Origin: Octopus sinensis
Lineage: Eukaryota
Direction: 5' to 3'
DNA: 64,000 bases
NCBI RefSeq assembly: GCF_006345805.1
Contig: NC_043002.1
Location: 107,198,001-107,262,000 of the forward strand
Made by a program: the position numbers and the translations under genes. Under the pieces are notes generated by a model. That model did not search any database and was not told where the DNA came from. It saw nothing but the letters and a program-made list of their open reading frames with translations. How positions within the stretch are numbered: the stretch's first letter is position 1; each line of letters begins with the position of its first letter. Positions 14,470-27,322 of this stretch are shown in pieces.

Positions 14470-14707
14470 CGTGTGCGTGTGTGTGTGTGTGTGTATGTCT
14501 GTCTGTCTGTCTTTGTTCCCCCAACATCGCTTGACAACCGATGCTGGTGTGTTAACGTCACCGTAAATTAGCGGTACGGCAAAGGAGACCGATAGAATAA
14601 GTACTAGGCTTACAAAGAATAAGTCCTTGGATCGATTTGTTCGACTAAAGGCGGTGCTCCAGCATGGCCACAGTCAAATGACGGAAACAAGTAAAAGAGT
14701 AAAAGAG
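14214..14707 (+). mobile_element. SINE H2
   Basis: Matches the 12449 copy; a second partial inverted copy lies at ~14755-14918. Confidence 0.88.
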
Positions 14708-14983
14708 TACCATTGTCATTTATTTTATTTCACACACACACACACACACACACAAGACAGGCTTCTTTCAGTTTCCGTGTAACAAATCTACTCACAAGGC
14801 CTTGGTCGAGCCGAGTCTTTGTAAAAGATATTTTTCCAAGGCGTCACGCAGTGGGGCTGAACCCGGAAGCATGTGGTTGGTAAGCAAACTTCTTACCATA
14901 CAGTGAAGCCTGCGCCTATAAAGCCATGTCAGCACCAATAAAGCTGCGCCTATGTATTGTTTTCTTACGCGTTATAAGTATAT

Positions 14984-15300
14984 GTGGAGGCGCAATGGCC
15001 CTGTGGTTAGGGCAGCGGACTCGCGGTTGGAGGATCGCAGTTTCGATTCCCAGACCGGGCGTTGTGTGTGTTTATTGAGCGAAAACACGTAAAGCTCCAT
15101 GAGACTCCGGCAAGGGGTTGGCGGCGACCTCTGTTATACTCTTTCGCCCAAACTTTCTTTCACTCTTTCTTCCTGTTTCTTGAGTAACGCTGCGATGGAC
15201 TGGCGTCCCGTCCAGTTGGGGAGGAACACATACGCCATAGAAACCGGGAAACCGGGCCCATGAGCCTGGCTAGGCTTGAAAAGGGTGCATAAATAAATAA
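14984..15300 (+). mobile_element. SINE H1 with tail C
   Basis: H1 head and body, then CTGCGATGGACTGGCGTCCCGTCCAG...AGAAACCGGGAAACCGGGCCC. Confidence 0.85.
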
Positions 15301-15357
15301 TACAAGTATGTAAGTATGTGTGCGTGTGTGAAGTTGTGTGTGTGTGTGTGTGTGTGT

Positions 15358-15416
<59 letters not shown>

Positions 15417-15459
15417 AGTGTAGGTGTGTTCTGAATATATATAATTGTGGACAATTGTG

Positions 15460-15960
15460 GGATCTTTTTCTTTTGAACGGCACTTTTCAACACAATTTCT
15501 AGTTAACTAAACACTTTAAAACTTCGTATACTGGTAGAATGTGTCAAAATAAAACATTTTTTTCTCTTGGCTTTATTGAGAAAATTGTAATTTGTTTGTT
15601 TAACGTAGTTTAATTTTTCGAATTTTAACCAATGAATCGCCTCTAATGAGCTAAAATCATTTGCTGCGTCTAAAACTGAGACAACACCCTGTCACTAACC
15701 CTAACCCTTACCCTAACCCTAACCCTAAATTTTTTTTTCTTAATTGTTAAATTAATTTAATTGTTACGCGTGTAAAAAAAACGAATTCATTGGTCAAAAT
15801 TCGAAAAATTAAACTACGTTAAACTCACAAATTACAATTTTCTCAAGAAAGCCAAGAGAAAAAAATGTTTTATTTCGACATCCTACCAGTATACGAAGTT
15901 TTAAAGTGTTTAGTTAACTAGAAGTTGTGTTGAAAACTGCCGTTCAAAAGGAAAAGATCC
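15460..15960. mobile_element. MITE with ~175-bp TIRs and an internal (CCCTAA)n tract; possibly Merlin-like
   Basis: GGATCTTTTTCTTTTGAACGGCA...TGCCGTTCAAAAGGAAAAGATCC; near-perfect 8-bp TSD CAATTGTG/CAGTTGTG. Confidence 0.85.
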
Positions 15961-16339
15961 CAGTTGTGGAAGTTGCACGGCAGGGGGAAAAAGAGATTTT
16001 AAAGCTTAATGAGAGGGAAAGAGAGAAGGAGGGAGAGAGAGAGAGTAAGAGAGAACTCTAAATACAAACGGAGTGAGAAACTGTATGTATGAGATAGTGT
16101 GAGTGGAGGAGGAGGGAACACTCACAACACACACACATTCTACATCTAGTCACAAATATGCTTGTAGAAATGTATACATACTCTCCTCCATATATGCACG
16201 TATACTGCGCATTGATTGCTGATGCAAAATTTGTACGACACACCACACACACACACACACCATATACATGTGTTCAATTGACAAGAAATACGACTCCAGA
16301 ATCATTTGGTTTATCTTCTTATTCTCTTTTCTCTTTTTT

Positions 16340-16572
16340 TTCTCTCTTTTACTTGTTTCAGTCATTTGACTGCGGCCATGCTGGAGCACCGCCTTTAGTC
16401 GAGCAAATCGACCCCAGGACTTATTCTTTGTAAGCCCAATACTTATTCTATCGGTCTCTTTTGCCGATCCGCTAAGTGACGGGGACGTAAACACACCAGC
16501 ATCGGTTGTCAAGCAATGCTAGGGGGACAAACACAGACACACATGAATATATATATATATATAATATATATA

Positions 16573-16623
<51 letters not shown>

Positions 16624-16788
16624 TACAACGGGCTTCTTTCAGTTTCCGTCTACCAAATCCACTCACAAGACATTGGTTGGCCCGGGGCTATAGCAGAAGA
16701 CACTTGCCCAAGATGCCACGCAGTGGGACTGAACCCGGAACCATGTGGTTGGTAAGCAAGCTACTTACCACACAGCCACTCCTGCGCC
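16340..16788 (-). mobile_element. SINE H2
   Basis: Reverse complement of the 12449 family. Confidence 0.9.
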
Positions 16789-16880
16789 TTATCTCTTTCT
16801 ATTCCGCCCTTCTTTTCTTTCTTTCTTTGTGTCTATCTATTTTTCTTTCCTTCTCTTATTCTTTCTTTCTTTCTTTCTAC

Positions 16881-17509
16881 CTACCTAACCACCCAAACCC
16901 ACCCACCTATCCATCCATCCATCCACCCGTCCGTCCGTCCGTCCATCCATCCATCCATCCATCCACCCATCCATCCATCCATACATCCACACATCCACCC
17001 ACCCACCCACCCATCCATCCATCCATCCACCCATCCACCCATCCATCCATCCACCCATCCACCCACCCATCCATCCATCCACCCACCCATCCATCCATCC
17101 ACCCATCCATCCATCCATCCATCCACCCATCCACCCATCCATCCATCCATCCATCCATCCACCCATCCACCCATCCATCCATCCACCCATCCATCCATCC
17201 ATCCATCCACCCATCCATCCATCCATCCATCCATCCACCCATCCACCCACCCACCCATCCACCCACCCATCCACCCATCCATCCATCCACCCATCCATCC
17301 ACCCATCCACCCACCCACCCATCCATCCATCCACCCATCCCCCATCCATCCATCCACCCACCATCCACCCCCCATCCATCCATCCCCCATCCATCCATCC
17401 ACCCACCCATCCACCCACCCATCCATCCATCCACCATCCACCCACCCATCCACCCATCCATCCATCCATCCATCCATCCATCCATCCATCCATCCATCCA
17501 TCCATCCAT
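16881..17509. repeat. (CCAT/CCAC)n array
   Basis: Directly visible. Confidence 0.97.
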
Positions 17510-18035
17510 GTATTCCTTCTGTTGTTGGCCTTTTAAATTAAAGCGGATCTTGTTAAATTTCTTCCGACCACCCGAAGTTTTTCCAATTTTTACCCAGATT
17601 ATACTAAAAATAATCATGTCCTGGTGTAGTTTTACTCGTTAATAATGAAAATTGCACCCATTTTCTTATCTAGAAATTAGTAATGAAAAAATCACAAGTA
17701 TTTAAATGTATGTAATTTTAACCATTCGGCAGCCTACATTGCCGGACAGAGCGGAAGTCGTGAGACGTCGTGACTGATTGTTCCCAAGGGAACAGTGCGC
17801 ATGTAATCTTCATGTTGTCTCACAACCTGGTAGAAATAGCAGCTAAAGCTTCATTACATTTCATCGTGGCTCCTAAAAGAACGAAAAGGACGAAATATTG
17901 TTCCACAATCTCCTTTTATCGAACTCAGGACGCTTAAAACACTGAGTTACCACAGATCGATATTCAGTGCACTTTCTTTTATTGTAGGATTGTTTTATAC
18001 GGTTTGGTAGAAGAGAAAGAATACCGCCATCGCCG

Positions 18036-18046
18036 CAACCACCACC

Positions 18047-18080
<34 letters not shown>

Positions 18081-18118
18081 TCACCACCTCCATCATCATC
18101 ATCATCATCACCACCACC

Positions 18119-18164
<46 letters not shown>

Positions 18165-18233
18165 CCACCTCCACCACCATCATCATCACCATCAACCACC
18201 ACCACCATCATCATCATCATCAACAACAACAAC
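18036..18233. repeat. (CAC/CAT)n array
   Basis: Directly visible. Confidence 0.95.
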
Positions 18234-18299
18234 TCTGCACTTCTTACGGTAACAACGTCGGTAACCAATTCTTTCTCCACCACCATTTTCCTTTAATGT

Positions 18300-18645
18300 T
18301 TCTTTTACTTGCTTCAGTCATTATATCGCGGCCATGCTGGAGCACCGCCTTGAAGAATCTTAGTCGAACTAATCCACCCCGTTTTTTTTTTTTTAACCTG
18401 GTACTTATTCTATCGTTTTTTTTTTGTTTTATTTTTTGCTGAACTTACTATGTTACAGGGACATAAACACACCAACACCGGCTATCAGGCGGTGGTAGGA
18501 CACACACGTATACACACACACACATACGACATGCTTCTGTCAGGCTGTAGTAGAAGACACTTGCCCAAGGTACCACGCAGTGGGACTGAACCCGGGACCG
18601 TATGGTTGGAGAGCCACCTTCCTATCACACAGCCGCGCTTGCACC
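18300..18645 (-). mobile_element. Degraded SINE H2
   Basis: Tail and head segments recognisable, with an internal deletion. Confidence 0.75.
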
Positions 18646-18951
18646 TAGTTTGTTTCCGGTAGTATCGTAAGAAAAGGGAAAGCACATTTAATCTGGATGT
18701 GTGAAGAGGCCAAGTAAATGTTTTAAGGGCTGTGAGATCGATGAAAGTGTACACCCGTCGAGATTGACTTCATTTAAATGTTATTAATAAACAGTTCAAC
18801 AAGTGAAAGACTCCTGGACACTGCCTGCTTGCAGCGGCGGCGAAATGAACGGTGATGGCACATGGCTTCATCTTTTTCGGTTTTCTGTTTCATCATATTT
18901 TTTTTTTTTTTGAGCTATCAACACCGAAAATATTTGGATTTCGACAGAAGC

Positions 18952-18992
<41 letters not shown>

Positions 18993-19068
18993 GAGAGATA
19001 AATGTATGTATATCTTTATATATAAAAGTCAAGTTGTGTGTCTGTCTCCTACGATTTAGATTCCTAAC

Positions 19069-19099
<31 letters not shown>

Positions 19100-19120
19100 T
19101 GTGTACAGTGCGCAGGTGCA

Positions 19121-21910
19121 CTACAACTCATCTAAAGTGTATATATAATCAGGTGAAGTTTCGGCGGATTTCGGAAAGCATGAGGCCTTAAAAGATGCAG
19201 TGTCATGGCAGTCAACAACTGACGCAGGCAGTTTATTCCATGCTTCAAGCAACTCTGAGCGTGAAAAAATGTTTCCGAAAGTCATGGGAGCTGTATTGTT
19301 TCTGACTTTGTAGGCATGTCCACGTGTGTTAGACACATGGAGATCAAAAAGTGTTCAGTGTTGTTGTTGGTGAGGTGGTTGATAACTTTGTGGGTGTTTA
19401 CCAAGTCCGTCGCCAAACGCCGGAGCTTCAGTGAATCCATGCCCAGGGAAACAAGGCGCTCAGAATATGGTAGGTGTCTGATGGAGGGTATGCGTTTGGT
19501 TGCACGTCTCTGGACAGATTCCAGGAGGTCAATGTTCTGTGCAAGATAGGGGTTCCAAACTGATGATGCGAATTCCAAGTGTGGTCGTACCATAGCTGTA
19601 TACATTTTAAATAGATGGCTGGAGAGCGGCTAACAAAAGACCTGCTGAGTGATGCCAAGACACCCTCGGCCTTCCTGACAATCTTAGAGAATGCTTTGAC
19701 CAACGCAGATCACTGCTGACAGTGATGCCTAGGTCACGCTCGCAAGAGGATTTCTTGATATCAGTGTTGTGGAGGGAGTGTGTGAACGCAGGGTTTTTTC
19801 TCCCAAAATGCATGGTGGTACACTTGTCCACAGCCAGTTTCAGTTGCCAGTCTGTGATCCATTGCTGCATTGTGTCTAGGTCTGATTGCAGGAAAGAGTT
19901 GTAGACATCAGGATCTGTCCTCTTGATTTCAAGGTACAGCTTGATGTCGTCTGCATATTTCAATACTGTGGCATTCTTTAAATTGGCATCTATGTCGTTA
20001 ATGTATGCCACAAACAAGAGGGGGCCAAGGACAGATCCCTGTGGTACACCCGATGACATCTCATATGGTGTAGAGTGCTGTCCTAGAACTGTGACTACCT
20101 CCTTTCGGCTGAGGATGAAGGATTTCAACCAGTTAAAAAGGTCATCCCCCACACCCATTGCAGAGAGTTTCACCATAAGCCTTTTGTGTGGCACAGAGTT
20201 GAAAGCCTTAGCAAAGTCAAGGTAGACAACATCCACCCATGAGCCACTGTCAGTAATCTGAGTAATGTCCTCAAGGAACTCGACAAGCTGGTCACTGCAG
20301 CTGGAGTTAGGGACAAATCCATATTGTGAGGGTCGGATGAGACTGTGAGAGCTCCAGAAGTTCCAGAGTGTTTCTCTGACACACGATTCCATCAGTTTTG
20401 CAATACAGCTAGTGAGACTGACTGGGCGATAGTTGACAGGTGATGTGCGGTCGCCCTTTTTGAACAGAGGAATGACACTGGCAGTTTTCCACTGCTCCGG
20501 AGTAGCACCATTGTTGAGACAGTACTGGAAGAAAATAGAAAGCTGGTGTAAAAGGAAGTGCCTGCCACGTTTGAGAAGCAGGTATGTAACTCCATCGAGA
20601 CCAGGGGAGGCATAGTTGCGCTTATTTTGAAGGTGACGTCGCAGCATTGCAGGTGTAATTCCATAGTTGTTATGGAGTTTGCTGTTAGTGATGGTGAAGA
20701 TGGTACTTTTGACTTTCAACAGTGAATATGTTTGCATAGCACTCGGCAATGAGTTCTGCGCATTCTTGGGGTCGTCAGTGATCTGGTTTGTGTGAGGGTT
20801 GCGAAGAGGGCCCACTGGAGAGTGAGGTCTCTGCTTTGAGTGCACATATTTCCAGAAAACCTTGCTGTCAGGATTGGCTGCTATGCACTGTTCAAATTCC
20901 AGCACTGCTTTTTTTGTCACTTGCTTGAGATGGTTGGAGGATTTATTCCGCTTCTTCCTGTTGGTGTCTGATTTATGCAACCTGTATTCCCGTTCAGCAG
21001 TCCGACGTTCCCTCCTGGCAAGTCGGACCGCTGAAGTTTCCCAAATTGCCCTTTTGGGGCGGTTCTTCTTTTTTTGTTTACGTGGCACTGATGCTGCACA
21101 TGCTGCCCATATTGAGTCCAGGATACTCTGGAGTATAGTATTCACATCTCCAGAGTTGTATAGATTCACGCCAGTTTGGTGCTGTAGTTCAGTGTGGTAC
21201 AGGTTCCAATCTGCTCTCTTCCAATCGAAGGAAGCAGATTGGAGATGGTTCAGTTTTTGTTGCCCGCAAGAGCCAGATTGGCGATGATCATAGCATGATC
21301 AGAGTCACCTAGGTTCCTCTCCGTAGTGCAATTGATAACCGCTTCAGGAGTTGTGGTGAAGAGCAGGTCCAAGGTGTTGTCGCCTCTTGTGGAGAGGTGA
21401 CTACTTGTGACCAGTTTGAGTCCAGCACAAGCTCAACAAATCGTTTGCACTCTGTGGCCAATGGAAGGTCTCCCAATCGATCTCAGGATGATTGAAATCG
21501 CCTGCAATAAACACATAAGTGGCTGTTTTCCTGGCAGCAGCTCGGAGGACATTGCAAAGCTGTGTGTCCCGATGGTAACTTGGGGGACGATAAACAACGC
21601 CAAGCAGGAGTGTTGACATGGTCATACGCACGTCACAGAAAAAAACTTCTTCTTGTGATTCGTTCAAATCGGCACAAGGAATTACCAAAAAATTTGAACG
21701 AACGTAGACCATCACACCACCACCACGGCGGTTAGTGCGGTCCTTACGGAAGAGGTTGTACCCCGTAATGTTGAAAACCCCATCACAGAGTAAGGAATGC
21801 GCCCATGTTTCCGTGACAGTGATGAAGTCAGGGTCAACACTTCTGACGTAGACGTTGAACAAATGTATTTTGTTGCATAACTGCGAGCATTTAAGGACAA
21901 CAATTTGTAC
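19121..21910 (-). pseudogene. LINE ORF2 (APE endonuclease + RT), split by several frameshifts
   Basis: APE motifs LNARS, VTETW, RKDRTNRRGGGV, GVVYRPP, IAGDFNHP. RT motifs NYRPVSLTS, YLDFAKAF, SGVPQGSVLGPLLF, YADD. C-terminal VRPHLEFASSVWNP, typical of CR1. Confidence 0.93.
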
Positions 21911-21999
21911 CCTGCACGCAGTTTATGATGGTGTGTAGAGGATGGCAGGTTGTTCTGGCTTAGTTTCCCTGAGTTGCTGTAGTCTTTTTAGTTATTGTG

Positions 22000-22689
22000 G
22001 GTGAGAGCACTCAGACCAGCTGGTATCTCTCTTCCACGTTTCAGCAGTCTTGACAATCTCCAGATTTGTCCATCTTCCCGAAGACTGAAGCTTTCCTGTA
22101 GAGCTGAGTCCTATTCAGGGAAGCCACTACACGTAGCTTCGGACGTACATTGGACGGTAAGCCTGGGCGTGTTCGGAAGGTGTGTCCGATTTTCCCGCCC
22201 AGCTTTAACTGAGGCCAGATGGTAAGAGGTTTGCCTCAGTGGGGTCCGTAAAAGACAACTTGATGAGCCTAGGTTTTGGGCCAGGTCGTCCAAGGCGGAT
22301 AGCACCCGTTGGGGGAACGCAGCCTAGGTCTTTGGCTGAGTTGGCAGCAAAAGCCTGAAGATCAGCCATGTCTTCTGGCACCCCAATGGCAATGACTTCA
22401 TGGGTGGCAGAATCCGCGGTCTTAAATGCGACAAGAGGTACAGGTACAGGGAGGTTCTTTAGCAGAGCATTCCGATAAGACCCCTCATTGTGGAGTCCAA
22501 CCTGAATGGTTGCTTTTATTCCTGCTACTTCCCCTTTTAAAGCACAGATCGATTGTTGCAGTTCTGCAAGAACCGCACTGGTCAATTGGGTTGTTGTTGT
22601 TGCTGCTGTTGCTCTGGTTGTGGTTGATTTTGTTGTTGCTTGTTGTTGTTGAGGTTGTTTGTTGCTGCTGGCTCTGGTTGTGGTTGATT

Positions 22690-22724
<35 letters not shown>

Positions 22725-23118
22725 CTGGTTGTGGTTGATTTTGTTGTTGCTGCTGTTGCTGTTCCGCCTCCTCCACGGGAGTGGCAGGGGGAGACACAAT
22801 CGTCGGTTGTGGAGGCACGCAGGCCTGACACTGAAAAGTCCAAGATTTAAGCTGAACCATCTTCCAGAGTCTATCCATCATAGCATTATGATGGCTCTTT
22901 TTTTGGCCTGGGATCTTCTGAAAGTCCGTGGCACATTGGAGGCAGACAGAGATGAGACATGTCCCACATTCGACCCAGCGATTACGGAACGTATTTTCGG
23001 GTTCCATACAGATGTGGCAGGTGTGATTTTCTGGGCAGTGTTCTATTTTAGAGCAGCGGCCAGTCTTATCGCACGCCGCTATGGATTTCACCATGGCGAT
23101 TCTGTTGGTTCTGGTCAT
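22000..23118 (-). pseudogene. LINE ORF1: Cys-rich PHD-like finger, Q-rich repeat, coiled coil, RRM-like region; frameshifted
   Basis: CHIC..WVECGTC..VCLQC..FQCQAC; then LQQSICALKGEVAGIK and VIAIGVPE..AIRLGR..PRLIKLSF in a second frame; 3' end approximate. Confidence 0.8.
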
Positions 23119-24439
23119 CCGTAGAGACAGAAAATGTAAACAACAATACGATAAAAGTAAAATATAAAATATTTGTTTTTGATTCGTTCTTTTTTGTGTA
23201 TATTCCTTGTTCTTAAATATTGCGTGTGTATATACACATGTTTCGTTCTTCTTTTTGTGTATATTCCTTTTTTTCTTAAATTGCGTGTGTATACATAAAA
23301 GTATTTGTGCGTATAGACACGGAGAAAGTTTGTAAACAGAAATGAAATTTTTGATTTTTTTGCAGTGTAGTCCGTCACATTAAATAGTGTGATTTATTTT
23401 CACTCTGCACGTATATACATGTGTGCTACAAGTATCTATGTATGTATGTATGTCACTGCTTTATAAATTTTGGACGTACTTACTGTCGTTCAACGATTTC
23501 TTTTAACCCTCAACTACACGTGGTGAATTCTTCCATTGTAGATCTGTGGTGGTCATCGTCGTAATATTTTCTCTTTAGTTTCCTCGCCAAATTGATTATA
23601 CCCTAATCAAACCATTTGTTTGTCTACTTGTGAATGTGTCTTTGTTTTAGTAACATTGTATTTTCCTCCTTTTCCTTTTTCATTCCCATATTATATGGAA
23701 CTTCGGTGGACAGCTACTCTAAGACTCCAGCTGCCAGGTCGCCATGTCTAATATGTCTACTCCCACATTTTGCAGTGCAGTTTAACCAAAACCGGGTATC
23801 TTATAGTCGTGATTCATATCGAGCCCTTCTGGGTATTAGCGCGCGTCTACGATGAGTCTACGATTTAAAAAAAAATTTACCATCATTTTTTTCCATTTTT
23901 AATGCATTTTTCGCTATTATATAGGGAAGTAACTCTCTAAAAATGTCTACGATGAGTCAACGATTTAAAAAAAAATTTACCATCATTTTTTCCCATTTTA
24001 ATGCATTTTTTTCGCTATTATATAAGGGAAGTAACTCTCTAAAAATGTCTACGATGCGTCAACGATTTAAAAAAAATTTACCATCATTTTTTTCCATTTT
24101 TAATGCATTTTTTTTGCTAATTTTTGGCTATAACTCTCTAAAAATGCTTATATAGTTATTTCCCTTACAAACCCGAGCAACGCCGGGCGATACTGCTAGT
24201 ACGTTATATAAGTGTGTGTCTGGCCAAGTCAGCAAGCACCGTTCTCACTTCCTTTAACAAACACTGTTATCAATCGACCACAACGATCCAACATTGTTTT
24301 AAAAAAATAGATAATTGACGAGAGAAAGGAGGAGGAGAGAGCGAGAAAGAGAGACAGAGGAAAGATTGAGAGAGATAAAGAGGAAAGAGCCGTTAGAGAG
24401 AGAGTAAAAGGGCTAGAAAGAGAGGAATACATTAACAGA

Positions 24440-24900
24440 GAGAGAGAGAAAGAAAAAGGAAGAGAAAGAAAGAGCCAGAGAAAAATAGACATAGAGAGAG
24501 AGAGAGAGAGATATTAAAACCATTAAGGATGAGAGAGGATAAAAGTGAGAGAAAGAGAGGAATCCATCAACAGAGAGAGAAAGAGAAAGGGAAGAGAAAA
24601 AGAACCATTTGAGAGAGAGAGAACGGGAGTGAGAAAGAGCCATTAGAGAGAGAGAGAGAGAAAAGGAAGAGAGAAAGAGCCACTAGAGAGAGAGAGAGAA
24701 AGAGAAGTGAGAAAGAGCCATTAGAGAGAGAGAGAGAAAAGGGAGTGAGAAAGAGCCATTAGAGAGAGAGAGAGAGAGAGAAAAGGAAGAGAGAAAGAGC
24801 CATTAGAGAGAGAGAGAGAAAAGGGAGTGAGAAAGAGCCACTAGAGAGAGAGGGGGAGAGAGAGAAAGGGAAGAAGGAAAAAACCGTTAGAGAAAGCTAT
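24440..24900. repeat. GA-rich minisatellite (unit ~GAGAAAGAGCCATT(AG)nAAAAGG)
   Basis: Directly visible. Confidence 0.85.
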
Positions 24901-25567
24901 TGAGAGAAAGATAGACATAAAGAGGGAGAGGGAGAGAGAGATTAAATCCATTAAAAGATAGATAGAGAAAGTGAGAGAAAGGGGTAAAGAGGTAGATAAA
25001 TGCATTAAGTGAGCATTTGGTGAAGCAAGTCTCTCTCTCACTTTCTCTCTCTTTATTCAATCACAGTTTGTCATTGTTTCACAAAGTTGAAATCTCCTTT
25101 CAGAATAATAATAATAATAATTAATAATAATAATAATTATAGTCATTATTATTATTATTTCATTATTATTATTATTATTTCATTTTATCTTTACATATTT
25201 TTTCATCTTCAAAGTGGATATTTCTCTGTACTTTATATAACAATATACATACATCATATAAAGCAATTCATACATACATGATATATATATATATATACAT
25301 ATGTATATATATATATTATATGTATGTTGTATGTGTTATATATGCATGTTCAACACCCCTGTTATAAAGGGAAATATTAAGAATATATATATTAATGTTG
25401 CTTAATTAACTAAATTAATAATTTAGTTTAAAAAGAATCTGACATAAAAATCCATCAGGAAATAAATTGCTTTGTTTCTTTACTTAAGAAGGATTTTATC
25501 TCAAATTTAAAGGTAAGAACAATCTTAACTTTCTTATATACACTCACACATGAAATATACATATGTG

Positions 25568-25606
<39 letters not shown>

Positions 25607-25799
25607 ATGTATATGTAATGTTATTTTAATGTATATTTGGTTAATTTAGAGTTAATTATTTTATTTCTCTGAGAAAAAAGAGACTTTATTTCTGTGACTT
25701 AAATATTTTATTCATTGAAAGAATTCAATTTACAGATTAATATTCATCATTAAAACACACACACAAAAAAAGGTTTACATATATTCATACATGTATACG

Positions 25800-26185
25800 C
25801 ACGCACACACACATATACATATATATATATACATTTACACACATACACTATGCGTATATATGTATATACATGTGTGTGTGTGTAAGTATATATATATATG
25901 TGTGTGTGTGCAAGTATATATATATGTATGTGTGTGTGTAAGTATATATATATATGTGTGTGTAAGTATATATATATGTGTGTGTAAGTATATATATATG
26001 TGTGTGTAAGTATATATATATATGTGTGTAAGTATATATATATATGTGTGTAAGTATATATATATATGTGTGTGTGTAAGTATATATATATATATACATG
26101 TGTGTGTGTAAGTATATATGTGTGTGTGTGTGTAAGTATATATATATATGTATGTGTATGTATGTATGTATATATACACACATGC
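25800..26185. repeat. Degenerate (TG)nTAAG(TA)n minisatellite
   Basis: Directly visible. Confidence 0.85.
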
Positions 26186-27266
26186 ATAGTGTGCAGGAAT
26201 AAAATGTTTATATATAATTTGTTGGGGTATGGGGGGGGGGCATTCTGGGTCGGAATTACTTTAATTTCAGAGAATCTTTCCTATTTAGACTTTTATTGTT
26301 TCACTCTATAAAATGATAATATCTCCATCGATTATTTCAAATAAAATTTCCCGATAATTTCCATAATCCGGCCACAATTTGATGCTTTATATAAGAATTT
26401 TCTATTAAAATGTTGAATGAATAAATAGCTGAACACGAAGAGAAGGGTTAATGACGAATAATTCATTGATGCCAATCTCTTATAATAATGGTTCTTCTGC
26501 CTTTATTTAAAACATGAGATTAGTAGACAGGGAAAGGTTTTGGTCGATGTAAGACGACATGGCTTGACGGGTTGAATTTTATTTCAATTAAACTTTGCAA
26601 TGATAAAATATGAAGGTAAAACACCTCAGCAGGATTCGAACTCGGGACGTAGAGGTTCGTTGTTTAAATATTGTGTGTCGTTTTATGCGATGTTTCACCG
26701 ATTCTGTGTCTGTTATTTGTATCGTCTGCTTTGGGGGAGGACATGACGGACGGCGACGTCAACGTTGGCGGGATTTGAACTCACGGACGACGAGATTAAA
26801 TACCAGCAGGCAATATTTTTAATGTAGCACAACATTTATAGTCATTAATTTCCCACCCCACACCATCGCAATATAAATCGTTAATTAATTAAATTAAATT
26901 ATAAATGAAATAACATGATCATGCTGGTGAGTCGTTGAGGAAATGTGAGGAAGGAAATGGCTATCTTGATCTTTGTAACATCAATTATATTGGAAGAAAT
27001 GTTTGAGGCTTACAAAAAAAATCATTAAAATCACAACATATAAGAAAAGACCTCATATTTTACTTTACAGACTTTTATTGCTTTATAATTGTTAAGAAAT
27101 CCGGTCGTTTTCTGTGAAGAGCGTCGGAATATAGGTGGTGACCATGTACTTTAGCGTCGTTGAATGTTTGCGTGGTGGTGGGTCATGGAATAAACATATA
27201 ATTAAAATTTTTTACTGGATGTGGAGTAAAAGGGATATAAGGGGAGGTATCTGTTGTTTTCCGATG

Positions 27267-27322
<56 letters not shown>

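Larger units (their letters stand above)
19071..23756 (-). mobile_element. Near full-length CR1-group LINE (~4.7 kb)
   Basis: 5' UTR ~23119-23756, ORF1, ORF2, short 3' UTR ending in (ATT)n; boundaries are defined by the interrupted Helitron. Confidence 0.92.
19013..24199 (+). mobile_element. Non-autonomous Helitron split by the CR1 insertion (19013-19070 and ~23757-24199)
   Basis: The two halves join to match 7272-7666 (..TTCCTAACTA|CTCCCACATT..). A|TC start, hairpin plus CTAG|T end. The right half has ~100-bp internal tandem repeats. Confidence 0.88.

Noticed and set aside
14984-15060. tRNA-like sequences at SINE heads
   Set aside because: No complete acceptor stem or T-run terminator; they continue directly into SINE bodies
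25489-25512. 24-nt AG...GTAAG segment resembling a microexon
   Set aside because: Such splice-like motifs arise by chance; no supporting exons
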